Part shown: piece after piece, positions 12,036 through 24,831 of the stretch | Layout of the letters: every line of letters starts with the position of its first letter | Position numbering within the stretch: the first letter of the stretch is position 1 | Origin: Octopus vulgaris | Taxonomy: Eukaryota | DNA: 64,000 nt | NCBI GenBank assembly: GCA_951406725.2 | Contig: OX597814.1 | Coordinates: 127,658,001 to 127,722,000, forward strand | Direction: 5' to 3' | Translations under genes and position numbers: made by a program | Notes under the pieces: model-generated | Told to the model about the DNA's origin: nothing | The model's input: the letters and a program-made list of their open reading frames with translations, nothing else | The model's database searches: none

Positions 12036-12738
12036 TGTAACAAGGATGAAGGTCTCTGGAACACTTGAGGGGTGCCGGTCTTATCCTGTTACATTTAATT
12101 ATTTGTCGAAAGGAAAACCAAGACTTCGAATATCTTCAACTGCAATAAATGATATTTATTTTTCTGGATTCGCAATAATATATATACATATATTTCCTTC
12201 AGGGCGAACCGGTAGCCATTTTGTTTTCTGGAGTCTCTACAATCTTCTGTTTCGTGCTTCTGCACTCGAGGGTGAGCCTTGTAGTGACGCCATTTTGGAA
12301 GTCTTCAGCACGCATGTGCAGAGTTGGATTTCTTCCGGTAGGCTGCCGGAAGTCCCCTCATGCACATGCGCAGAGAAATACCAACAACAAGATTTCCCAG
12401 TGGTTCTGTCTTTTTCGAAGCTGCAGCCGAATTGAATGGACATGTCCTTGCGGGTCTCCCAAGCAAGCCAACACGTAGAGGAGCCCTTCTATGCTGGAAC
12501 GAGACAGCATTTGGCTCACACATGTTAACTAATGTGACTAGTTTCATGGCCCATGGCTACCGGTTCGCCCTGAAGGAAATATATGTATATATATATTATT
12601 GCGAATCCCGAAAAATAAATATCATTTATTGTTGTTGAAGTTATTCGAAGTCTTGGTTTTCCTTTTGACAAATAATTTAATGTAACAAGATAAGACCGGC
12701 ACCCCTCAAGTGTTCCAGAGACCTTCATCCTTGTTACA
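12036..12738. mobile_element. Non-autonomous DNA transposon with ~185-bp TIRs and TGT..ACA ends (Ginger-like)
   Basis: 12036-12219 and 12553-12738 are near-perfect inverted repeats (TGTAACAAGGATGAAGG../..CCTTCATCCTTGTTACA). No clean TSD, so the family call is tentative. Confidence 0.75.
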
Positions 12739-12878
12739 GGAATAACTACATTGACAACAGTAACTACTGTTAGTTTATTAAAATTGTGTCAAAGGCAGGA
12801 CTATGTCAAATGTAATGTGTTGTCTATTTTCCCCATAATATCTAAATACATTCCCTGTATGTTTTCGTTTGTCTGCAG

Positions 12879-13030
12879 AAGCGAAATCGAAGCCGATGTC
12901 GTTCTAAAGATACTTTAGATTCAAAAGGTCGAGATTCAGAACTGAAGAAGATGCCAAAAGTGAACCCAGTCATTATTTATGATGTTTTACCTCTGCAGAT
13001 GCTTAACAAACAGTTAGCTGAAAACTATAT
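12879..13030 (+). CDS. WDR59: WDR59 exon G, phase 0-2
   Basis: ctgcag|AAG..AT|gtgagt, 152 nt: KRNRSRCRSK..VIIYDVLPLQMLNKQLAENY(I). Confidence 0.92.
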
Positions 13031-13101
13031 GTGAGTATTCCTTCTTTGCCCTTTGTTGTACTCTTTTGTCAGCTGCTGTCTGTGAAAATAGCTTTAGTTA
13101 C

Positions 13102-13475
13102 TACGAGGGTTTGTTTCGACCCTTTAGAATTGGAATTTTGAAAAGTAAAAATTTTGCATTATGTGGCTTGTTATTCTCTTCAAGTGAACATTTTTCTGGT
13201 TGAAATACACTGAAAAATGGTGACACAGCAGTAAAAAAATCGTTAAAAAAATAGGGATTGTCATAAAAAAAGAGCACCTTTTTGATGTAAATAATTTTTG
13301 GTGTTAACATGGTCCAATTTGAATTTTATCTTGTACGGAATGAAGAGCAAGCCTTCTTCTATCATACTCTCAATTTTGGTCAACTTGCATCACAGAGTCT
13401 CCGAAGACATATTGTTAGTTGAAGGCTACCAAACCTGCCATACACAGACAACTTCAGCTTTATATATATAGAGAT
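13102..13475 (+). mobile_element. Probable non-autonomous Helitron/Helentron-like repeat fragment
   Basis: Ends in acacagacaacttcagctttatatatatagagat, a terminus style seen in DINE/HINE-type elements; no coding sequence. Confidence 0.4.
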
Positions 13476-13942
13476 TGACAGAAGTTATAAATAAACGCAT
13501 CATCATCATTTTAATGTCCATCCTTCCATGCTCGCAAGAGTCAAATGGAATTTGTCAAGACAGATTTGTTACAGCTGGATGCCCTTCCTGTCACCAACCC
13601 TCACCTGTTTCCAAGTAAGGTAATATTTCCTCATCACCATTTTCATGGAAGATTGGAAACAGCAGGCACTACTTGCATGACTGACACCCATTTTATAAAT
13701 ATCCTGTGATGTCAAGGCAAGGAGACAATAACACACCCATGCGTACTCTCACAAACCTGTATATACATACATACATATACAACAGGCTTCTTTCAGTTTC
13801 CAAGTTCACTTGCAAGACTTTGGTTGACCCAGGGCTACAGTGGAAGATATTTGGTTGATACTTACCCAAGGTGCCACACAGTGGGACTGAACCCAAAACC
13901 ATGTGGTTGGGAAGCAAACTTCTTACAGTGCAGCTTTGCCTG

Positions 13943-13979
<37 letters not shown>

Positions 13980-14513
13980 ACACATGCAATGTTAATGTCT
14001 GTATGAAAAATTTCTGTATGTTTATTTCTAAGACAATTTTAATGGTGCTCTCTGATTTAGAATGTATTAACTGTTTTACTGTAGCACCTGTGCCAGTAGC
14101 ACGTAAACGTAACTAGCACCTATGCCAGTTACATATAAAAAGCACCTTTTGAGTGCTGAGCCTCATGGAGGCTATGACAAATGACGAAGACCTTTGGCAA
14201 TATGCCATGCTTGAGTAGAAGACCCATCAAGCCAAGTGAAATCATAGCTGTGGCAGATACTGGTGTCATGCAACAGGCATCCATGCCAGTGACACGTAAA
14301 AGCACCCATTACACTCTCGGAATGGTTGGCATTAGGAAGGACATCCAGCCAGAGATACCTTGCCAAATCAGACTGGAGTCTGGTGCAGCCTTTCAGCTTA
14401 CCAACCCTGGTCGAACCATCCAGTCCATGCCAGCATGGACAATGGACGCTAAATGATGATGATGATGAAGACTAATTTTTCTTTCTCACATTTATATATT
14501 GTTGCTTTTACAG

Positions 14514-14595
14514 AATCCAATTAAATGATATTCCTAAGATGTGCAGCCACAATGGTAATGCCGCACTTGCAGTTGGAAGGAAAGATTTAGTACAG
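14514..14595 (+). CDS. WDR59: WDR59 exon H, phase 2-0
   Basis: ttacag|A..CAG|gtaaa, 82 nt: IQLNDIPKMCSHNGNAALAVGRKDLVQ (conserved VGRKDLVQ). Confidence 0.95.
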
Positions 14596-14809
14596 GTAAA
14601 TTGTTTGCTGTTGTTGTACTGATACATCTAGTCTTCCATTTCGTATTCGTTTTTATTTCATGTAATTATGTCCTCTTTTAAATTGATTATGGAACTGAAA
14701 TTGGTGTAAATGTTGATAGTGAATTGGCTGTAACATGTTTTCTGACCCTTACAGATGGTGAGGCTTAGAATTTAAATATAGTGAAATATGCCCTCACACA
14801 CAACACTAT

Positions 14810-15260
14810 ACTTACTTCACTCTTGAATTCACCCACTCATTGACATAGCACCCTATATCCACTTCATTAACTGGCATAAATATCCTCTCTATCTTCTGCT
14901 TTGATTGATATACTCTAACCCTGTATCTACCTCACTCTTATATTCACCCCACTGGCTAACACAAATCACTGTACCCACCCCACTAATTGATAAAACATCC
15001 TCTATTCACCACACTGGCTAATATAGCATCCTCTAGCCACTACACTGATAGGTAAGATACCCTCTATCTACCCTGCTGACAGTCACAGCCCTCTTAACAC
15101 CCTCTGTCCACTCTGCTAGCTGGTATAACACGCTCTATCCTCTCCACTGATGAACATAATATGCTCTAGCTGATGTAACATCCTCTGTCCATTCCACTGT
15201 GAGATAAAACACCCTCTATCTACCCTGCTAACAGTCACAGCCTTTTATCCACCCTATCAT
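14810..15260. repeat. Degenerate ~30-bp minisatellite
   Basis: Recurring caccctctatc(t/c)ac..actg/gct units; a ~32-bp block recurs near 15059 and 15211. Confidence 0.7.
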
Positions 15261-15320
15261 TATACCATGCAACACTGTACTATATTTTACATTTCAGTTG
15301 TCTGATTTCTTTACTTTCAG

Positions 15321-15433
15321 ATGTGGTCATGGCTGGCTTTGGTTGCTGGAGGTGGTCAAGATTTTAGTAAAGATCCCTTTGATGGTGCCCCTTGGGCTCA
15401 GCATACTTTTGGAAGAAAACTAATAAAATCTTT
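15321..15433 (+). CDS. WDR59: WDR59 exon I, phase 0-2
   Basis: tttcag|ATG..TT|gtaag, 113 nt: MWSWLALVA..APWAQHTFGRKLIKS(L) (cf. PWARHPFGRQLLESL). Confidence 0.95.
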
Positions 15434-16007
15434 GTAAGTGTCCCCTTCTCTTCCTTTCTTTTCTTATATTTTTTTGCTACCTTTCCCATCCACTGTATCT
15501 TGCTAGTTTGTATATTTTATTTCACTGTGCCAATGGGCAGTCTTTTGGTATCCAAACCAGTACTTTTGACCACTTGTAATCTAGTGTCTTCAGAATATTC
15601 TACAAATGCAGCAAATAACATTTGTTCATGCAGGCTAGAAATGTGGACATTAAAACTGATGGTGATGTATGTGTATTCGTTTGTACTTGTATGCATGTGC
15701 ACATGAATGTGTGCATGCAAAAGTAAGTGAATTTTAATATTTCATTTGTCACCATGTAAGCTTAGCTGTCCTAATATTGACATTATGACTGGGTGCTCTG
15801 TGTTTTCAAAGATCTATGGAATATAAAAATTTCTTACCTAAAAACCAGGTGAGGGTTGGCATCATGAAGAGCATCTGGCCATAAACCCAGCTTTGAAATC
15901 AGTTTCCTTCCTGAACTATACTGGCATGGAGAAATAGATACCTTGTGAATGAATTTTATAGACAGAAACTGTGTGGAAACCAGTGTTATTGATATATATA
16001 TATATAT

Positions 16008-16593
16008 GTCAAAAAGAGGGTGAAAAAATTGGATATTAATTTAATAACATCAATTTAAACACCAGTGGACTAGCGCATAAAAGACTGAGATTCAGTAAAT
16101 ATTATTAATACACAAATATGAGAGAGAATCCACTATGTGGATGCTCTTACGCTAGATATAGATCCGCAAGGGTCTGAACCACTAAGAATTGTTGTCGAGA
16201 AAAAATTTAGCACACTATAAACGTAAGCGAGCAGGACAAATGAAAAATAACAAAAATATAGATTAACCCCATACAATTGTTTCACTGTTAATAAATTATG
16301 CAATTTTACTTACATAATTATCTTCAGGTCCTCAGTGAGGTACGTCATAAAATATAATTTGTCAAACTGCACGCTATGTATTAACACGAGGTCAAAGACA
16401 CGAGCAATTCGGCCTATTATATTCAGTTATATTCAAATGCCCTTGTTCTAGCGCGCCAAATTCCCGGAAATAAATACTGCACAAGTAATTTACTGCAGTA
16501 GTTTACGCCGTTTTGAGAACATATTAATTTATAATTAAAGTCAAAAAGAGGGTGAAAAAATTGGATATTAATTTAATAACATCAATTTAAACA
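16008..16593 (-). mobile_element. Penelope-like pLTR / retrozyme-like unit (532-bp period, 54-bp terminal direct repeat) inserted in (TA)n
   Basis: 16008-16061 is identical to 16540-16593; internal hammerhead on the minus strand. Confidence 0.7.
16266..16341 (-). ncRNA. Type I hammerhead ribozyme motif
   Basis: Minus strand: ACCUCA-CUGAGGA-[helix II incl. AAUUAUGUAA/UUGCAUAAUU]-GAAA-CAAUUG-UA-UGGGGU; helix I ACCUCA/UGGGGU pairs with one G-U; base of helix II imperfect. Confidence 0.7.
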
Positions 16594-16609
16594 ATTTATA
16601 TATATATGT

Positions 16610-16860
16610 GGAGGCACATGGCTTAGTGGTTAGGGTGTCAGCATCATGATCGTAAGATTGCGGTTTCGATTCCTGGACCAGGCGATGCGTTATGTTCTTG
16701 AGCAAAAGACTTCATTTCACGTTGCTCTAGTCCACTCAGCTGGCAAAAATGAGTAACACTGTGATGGACTGGCGTCTCATCCAGCTGGGGAACACATATG
16801 TCATAGAAACTGGGAACTGGGCCCATGAGCCTAGCTAGGCTTTAAAAGGATGCATTTATT
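16610..16860 (+). mobile_element. Third tRNA-derived SINE family
   Basis: tggcttagtggttagggtg A box, ggtttcgattcc B box, ..ttgagcaa..tttcacgttgct..gtccactcag body. Related copies near 26375-26500(+), 36063-36380(+), 56750-57050(-), 25960-26270(-), 48880-48986(-). Confidence 0.8.
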
Positions 16861-17824
16861 TATTTTATTATATATATATATATATATATAATCATCATCA
16901 TCATTTAGTGTACATTGTCCATGCTGGCATGGGTCGTCGGATGGTTTGATCAGGGCTGCACCAGACTGCAGTCTGATTTGGTATGGTTTCTACTGCTGAA
17001 TGCTCTTCCTAATGCCAACCACTCCCAGAGTGTAAGGGATGCTTTTACATGCCACTGGCACAGGTGCCAGTTGCATGACACCAGTATCTGCCATGATTAC
17101 GATATCACTTGGCTTGAGGGGTCTTCTTCTGAAGCACAGCATATTGCCAAATGTCTCAGTCATTTGTTATTGCCTCACTGTTATCCTACACAGTTTGCTT
17201 TCACTATAACATATGGATTCCATTTTCCTTCTTTTTTTTACCTTTTTGTCATGGTTTTTATAATTGGATGCTTTTCCTTTCATCTTTACAACATGGACTT
17301 GGTGCATTTTACACCTCCAGCTCCAGGGAGTTTTCTGTCTGGACTAAAAGTGTTCATATGCATATGTGTGACTTTCAATGCTTGTATAAGAATGTGTATG
17401 AATATGTAAATATAGATAAGAAATAAGAAACTTTAATATTGTCCCGAGTGAGGTCATTGCCAGTACTGCCTGACTGGCCTCCGTGCAGGTGGCATGTAAA
17501 AAGCACCCACTACACTCTCGGAGTGGTTGGCATTAGGAAGGGCATCTAGCTGTAGAAACTCTGCCAGATCTAGATTGGAGCCTGGTGCAGCCATCTGGTT
17601 CGCAGGCCCTCAGTCAAATCATCCAACCCATGCTAGCATGGAAAGCAGATGTTAAACGATGATGATGATGATGTAGCAATCTGCTCCTCAGTGTACACAA
17701 CTATCCCAACCAGTGGAACTGAAGACTTTATGCCCGTCCTATACAATATGTTTAACTACTCATAATGCATGGTTTATTTATTGTGTTTGTAATGATTTTT
17801 ATGTCTTTCTCTTCTATTATCTAG

Positions 17825-17963
17825 GCTTGACCACTACATGAGTATCTATGACATTCAAACATGTGCAATGTTGTCCTGTTTATTATGGACAAAATCTGTT
17901 GCTCAACAACTTCAACAACCTCCACATTCGCCAAAACCAGACAAAGAGAATATACCACCAAAC
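17825..17963 (+). CDS. WDR59: WDR59 exon J, phase 2-0 (last recognisable exon)
   Basis: atctag|G..AAC|gtaagt, 139 nt: LDHYMSIYDIQTCAMLSCLLW..KENIPPN (cf. LAHYCRLRDVQTLAMLCSVF). Confidence 0.93.
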
Positions 17964-20900
17964 GTAAGTGTCTTTTTCTATTTCTCATCAATCTTCATAT
18001 TCTGGAGGATAAAATGTCTTCATTTCTCTAAGCAATGGATCAAAGTATTGTTATATGTCATTTATTTGGATTTACCTCAGACTATTTCATTTGATAGTAG
18101 GGAGCCATTAAAGAAAGTATTTTGTTATATTCATTTAAATCTATTGTTACTATTTTTCTGTTGAAATACATTGCTTTTGGAAATTAATTTTGAAAATAAC
18201 AAAGAATTTAGTAAAATAACTTTGCCGTTATTAACTAGCTGGTGTTTGAAAAATAATTTAATATGAAATTTTTATGGAAAGTTTTAACTTTGATCAGTTT
18301 AAAACAGTTAAGTTTGTATCATAGAACCAGGAGTGGTCTCATATAGGTTGGTATCAAAAGGGTTAAAGGATGTGCTTCTAGCTATTGTACTATATATAAT
18401 CCTTTCTACTATAGGCACAAAGCCTGAAATTTGGTGGGAGGAGGTAGTCAATTACATCAGCTTCAGTGTGTAACTGGTACTAATTTTATTGACCCTGAAA
18501 GGATGAAAGGCAAAGTCAACCTCGGCGCAATTTGAACTCAGAATCATAGCGGCAGATGAAACATTGCTAAGCATTTCGCCCAGCATGCTACTGATTCTAC
18601 CAGCTCACCACTTTTTTTGTACTATATATAATGACACATGATTCGTATAAAACCAGTATGTTGTTAGAGACATGGAGTAAGATTAATAGAAGAGAATACT
18701 TATGACTATATCCTCACAATAGAAAGAGAGAAAGTGAGAGAGAGACACACAATTGTAAGATATGGATTACAGCTTGTTGAAAGATGATTGCTGCAGAGGT
18801 TGAATTCCTATTCAGAAATGTTTTAAGTTTATTTTTCAGTTACTTTGTATTCCACTCCTTATTTGGGTGGGCAGTGTTGTCCATAGAAAAGATTGTTCAG
18901 TCATCCAGAGTTACAAAGAATCAAGTAGTCTCTAATGTCTGAAGTAGGGGATCATCTAGTGAAACCCATTCCTGTTCATTCTAATTTGCTTCCCATCTCT
19001 GGACATTCTGTTGCAGCACCCCTGCTAGAAAAGGGAACTCAATGTAGTCTGCTGATTTAGTGAATGTAATAAATAAATAAATTTCACACATTCTTCTACT
19101 GTTTGCAAACACAGAAACAACGACATATCAATGATCTTGAATCTATATTAAAAGCTAAATACTTCCAAACTGTTCACAACAAAACCAGTAACAAAGGCTG
19201 ATATCAAACATTCCATTGCTACCTGGTGGTTTGAATCCAACCAATCGTGGCCGTTTGCCAGCCTCCTCTGGCCTCTGTGCCGGTGGCACGTAAAAAAACA
19301 CCCACAGAGTGGTTGGGATTAGGAAGGGCCTCCAGCTATAGAAACACTGCCAGATCAGACTGGAGCCTGGTGCAGCCTCCATGGCTTCCCAGACCACAGT
19401 CGAACTGTCCAATCCATGCTAGCATGGAAAACAGACGTTAAATGATGATGATATTGTGTTTGCAAACCAAACACCATATATCAATGCTTTTTACATGGCA
19501 CACCAACCCTAGTGCTTTTTATGTGGCATATTGTAGAGGACAGGTCTTCTTGAGAAAAGCAATGTGCCGTATATCTGAGTCCTTTGTCATTTCCTTTGTA
19601 AGGTAGACCAAACCACAGATCAAAAAACAATCTGGCAGTAACAAAGCATTTGTTTGTAATCATTGCTGACCCAGCTTTATTGTGAATATCAAGGAAATAT
19701 TGTACTAAATATCAGACACTTAATATATGGTGTTTGGTTTACAAATAGCAGTAAATCCCAATGAAGGGCCATCTTTAGGATTCACATGAGGTTTAAATTT
19801 CCCAGTTTATACTTCATCATGTGAAGTATATATTTCCAAATTCATGTGTGTTGCTTCAAAGGTGAAGTGATGACAGAGAAAGACTTATTTAATAGCTGCT
19901 CCTTAATTCAACTCCAGTGATCATGGAAAGGGGCAAGTGTGGAAGTAGCTGCCATCAGCACATTGTGGTTCTATACACTCCATATGAACTCTGCAGCTGC
20001 TACAGATGCACACTGTCATGCATCATCATCATTTCCATGTTCCATACTGGCACGGGTTGGACAATTCAATAGGATCCGATGGGTCCAAGGACTGCATTTC
20101 GCTTGGTGTATGTTCTATGGGTGGATATTTTTCCTGACGCCAACCACTTTGCAATATATGGTTTTTACAAGACCCCAGCATTAATGAGGCCACATTGGAG
20201 TTACTGTACACATGTACATTAACACACACACATGCATGCACACACACTGTCATATATACATTAACACACACACACACACACACACTACACTTATGAAATA
20301 TGTTTGCAATACATTTAAGGCAATGAGCTGGCAGAATTCTTAGCGGCATTTCATCCGTCTTTACATTCTGATTGCAAATTCCCCCAAAGTCAACTTTCCC
20401 TTCCACCCTTTTGGGGCCGATCAAATAAGTACCAGTTGAGCACTAGGGTCGATGTAACCGAATTAGACCCTCCCCTGAATTTACTGGCCCTGTGCTAAAA
20501 TTTGAAACCAATATAGATAAACATCAAAATGTGTGGATAAATTTATCAAATGTTTTCTGTAACCATTGACAATGTCTTTGTCGGTAACATATTAGCTACT
20601 CCTAGCAACAATATTACTTCGGTGAAACTCTGAGTTGAAATCAACTCTGCTTTGTTTGTAGAATTACTCTAGGTTTCTTCCAAATATTTTGTCTATAATT
20701 TGTTATTTTTAGTATTTATTTATTAATCAATGATGGATTAAAATATATCTGCTGATAATTTCTGTTGTTGGTCGTATATAATCTGTGTTTTGTTTAGATA
20801 TATATATATATATTATATATTGTATATATATGTAATAATAATTTACAGTAAACAGGTATGGTATTCATTGATATATGGAACATTCACATGTTACAGTAAA

Positions 20901-23900
20901 ATGCCATATTACATAGCAGTTTCTACAACTGTTTTGTAATTATTACAACATTTTGATGAAACACATGTATGCTCTATAAAGCAACGAATACCATACTGGT
21001 TTTCTGTAAGTTATTATTATTTCTGGAGATGTACTTGCATAGCAAGTGACTTGATCTGAGATTGTGTGCTGAAACAAAAACAATTGCAGCATGGAAGGTA
21101 TTTATAATCCATTTAAAAAGCACGCAAAATCTGTTAGATTCACTTCAAGATTTAAATTTGATTTGTGTTAAAATATTTTTGTTGCTTTGAAATTGTGAGT
21201 TGTTCCCTGACAAAATTTGTGTGTTTATTATTATTTGTATTATTTGGCTTGTATTCTACACTCTAGCCTACTCTGCGGTTGATGTCCCGTGTCGTACAAC
21301 ACTAAATACTGGAGCAGAGTGTAAAACCCACTACTGAGCTTGCCCTTTTGTTACATATTGTTTCACAGTGCCTTATATGTATATAGTTTATTTATTTATT
21401 TTGTTTTCTATACTGTCACTAATAACATTCATGTCACTCTACATAACCACCAGTGAAAATAATATCTTTACACAGCTATCCAGGATGTTACTGTCTTCTC
21501 TTCACAGCTATTAGTCAGATTAATGCCTTCTTTATTGTTCTACCCCACAGCTACTGCTGTGATTCTAATCTTTCTCTTCATAGATACCAGTAGTACTAAA
21601 GTCCTTTCTTTACAGCTACCACAGACACCAACACATTCTCTATACAAAATACCAATCATTAACACTGATGCATTCTCTTCACAGTTATTACCAAATGTTG
21701 GAGATGATATTCTTTCTTGTTACTTATCATTTCAAGAATTCTCAATATATTTATGCTTTCATGAATTACTCTTTAAATATACTCAGTATGTCTTCACTTT
21801 GATTACTGAGACTAATTCTTCTTATTTTTTTTTCAGTTTGTTTTACAGTTAGACCTCTTTGAAACAGTTATTCAATGCTGTAACTTTAAAAGTTTAAGAC
21901 TAGATGTCCTTTAAAACTGTGTTCCTCATAAGAAGCAGGGGCAGGGGTTGAACCAGGGAATTTTCAAAGGCTGAGTAGACAAATTCATCTTCATCGTCGT
22001 CATTGTTACAATATTCATTTTTCCATGCTGGCATGGGTCAGACAGAATTTTGAGGGAAAGATTTTCTACAATCGAATGCCATATCTGTTTAGAATTCTCA
22101 CATGTTTCTGAGTAAGATAATATTTCCCTTCCACAAAAATTAAAAGCAGAGGAAGCTACTTCTATGATGCTGACACTCATTTACAACTATCATACCATGT
22201 CAAGACAAAGAGGTACAAAGTCACATGCATACGTACACACCACACATACATTTGTGGGATGGGCCAAAAATCATGAAGTATAAAAATGCAGTTAGTGCTA
22301 ACAGGTAGTACCCACAGATTTTGTGAGTTTTGGCTAACCATCATCACCACCATCACCATCATATAATGTCTGTTTTTCCATAATAGCATATGTGGGATAG
22401 CTTGACAGGAACCGGCAATCCGGAGGATTGCTTTGGCATAGTTTCTATGGCTGGATGCCTTTCTTAATGCCAACCTCTCTGCAGAGTTTACTGAGTGGTT
22501 TTTATGTGGCACTAGCACTAGTGAGGTCACTGAGTAACGTACAAGACATGACCTCTCAACTGAGTGGGGAGTGATATTGAATAAGGTATCTTTATACCAG
22601 GTTATGTCAGGCTAAAGTATGATAGAGGAACAAGTGTTTTGCTGTAGGGAAGATAAATGGTTGCCCCACTTGATGAAAACAACAGTTGGTGACAAAGATG
22701 TATTGGGACATACCTTCAAGTAACAGGAAGGTGAATTATAAGAGAAGTGGTGTGAGATGGTGTAAGTAATTATACTGTTGTGTGAGAGGAGAGTGGCAGA
22801 TAAACATAGATGGTCAGTTGTGAATATCAGCTGGAGGGGAAGGTAATTGGAGTAGGTTGGGTCAGGGTAGTAATAAGTGGCAGTAGAGATGTTGTGGAGT
22901 GTGTGAAAGAGATGCACAATGCCCATGATGAAGTCAGGTACATTAGGGTGGAAATGGTTGGAGACAAACTAGTAAGGGGTGGGGCTGCCATTGGCAAAAT
23001 GTGATAATGCTAAAATAGCTTCAAAATCACTGTTATATAACTAAAATAACCAGTGTGTTTATGTATTACATCTGGTTATCAAATAAAATATATTTTAGGC
23101 TTAAAACAAATGATCATTGATTACTTCTCTTTTCTAGAATGTAACCATGACAGGAGCTGTGAAAGGGAAAAAAAATTCTTTCTCTACTAAAAATACACCT
23201 ACACAACTAGAACTATCCATTTTTTAGTACTCTGTCCCTCTGATACACACACTCACTAATAACTAGCTTTCCAGAGTACCATAAACCTGTGGTATCACAT
23301 CTCAGTTTCCATATGTGCCACCAGCCTGTCATGTCACATATATTTATCTTGCATCATGTCACCAGCCTGTGGTGCAGTGTGTGATATATATATTCTTTTA
23401 TTTCTTTTACTTGTTTCGGTCATTTGACTGCGGCCATGCTGGAGTACTGCCTTGAAGGATTTTAGTCAAACAAATTGACCGCAGGACTTATTTTTTAAGT
23501 CTATTACTTATTGTATCAGTCTTTTTTGCTGAACCGCTATGTTATGGGGACATAAACACACCACCAGCAGTTGTTAAGCAGTGATGGGGAGGACACACAC
23601 ACACACACTCAGAGGTGCATACATATATATGTGCCTATATGATGAGCTTCTTTCAGTTTCCATCTACCAAGCTCTCTCACAAGGTTTTGATCAGCCCAAG
23701 ACTATAGCAGAAGACACTTACTCAAGGTGTCATGCAATGGGACTGAACCTAGAACCATGTGGTTGGGAAACAAGCTTCTTAACACAGCTACTCCTGCACC
23801 TATATATATTCTTTACTGTCCTTTTATTCTTTTACTTGTTTCAGTCATTTGACAGTGACCATGCTGGAGCACCGCCTATAGTCAAGCAAATCAACTCGAG

Positions 23901-24106
23901 GACTTATTCTTTGTAAGCCTAGTACTTGTTCTAGCATGTAAAGTGGTACTCTTTGTGTGTGAGCTAGGGCGGTTTCTTCAATCTCAATATAAGCTATTTA
24001 TTTTCAATGTCACAATGACCTGATTTAATTATATTCAGCTGAGAACGTTTCAAAAAACTTCTTTTATATTCATTTACCATGTTGCTGTAAAATGGAAATT
24101 TGGTGT

Positions 24107-24141
<35 letters not shown>

Positions 24142-24831
24142 CAATAAGAAAATAGAGGAGAACAATAGGTGGTTCATCAACTTTTAGACATTATATTATG
24201 TTAACTTATTTATTTATATACTAAACTGATAATTACAATAATATACATACATATAACATATTATTCGTTACATATAAGATATAAAATATAGTAATATATA
24301 AGAATATACTCTTTACTCTCTCTCTTTTACTCTTTTACTTGTTTCAGTCAGTTGACTGCGGCCATGCTGGAGCACCGCCTTTAGTCGAGCAACTCGACCC
24401 CGGGACTTATTCTTTGTAAGCCCAGTACTTATTCTATCGGTCTCTTTTGCCGAACCGCTAAGTAACGGGGACATAAACACACCAGCATCGGTTGTCAAGC
24501 AATGCTAGGGGGACAAACACAGACACACAAACATACACGCACACATATATATATATACATATATACGATGGGCTTCTTTCAGTTTCCGTCTACAAAATCC
24601 ACTCACAAGGCTTTGGTTGGCCCGAGGCTATAGTAGAAGACACTTGCCTAAGGTGCCACGCAGTGGGACTGAACCTGGAACCATGTGGTTGGTAAGCAAG
24701 CTACTTACCACACAGTCACTCCTGCGCATTTATTTTAGATCATTATGACTACCTTTGATTTCGCCTTGCTACTTGATTTAGACAGAAGGCTTGTTGAGAA
24801 CTTTTTATTAATTGAAGTGATATTCTGAGAT

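Noticed and set aside
11953-12728. Mirror-image ORFs beginning MKVSGTLEGCRSY on both strands
   Set aside because: A consequence of the terminal inverted repeats; no protein family resemblance.
16610-16685. tRNA-like sequences at SINE heads
   Set aside because: A/B boxes are present but cloverleaves are incomplete and run straight into SINE bodies, so they are not tRNA genes.
21255-21340. Possible snoRNA or miRNA hairpin
   Set aside because: Only short terminal pairing, imperfect C box and no H box; kept only as a weak exon candidate.
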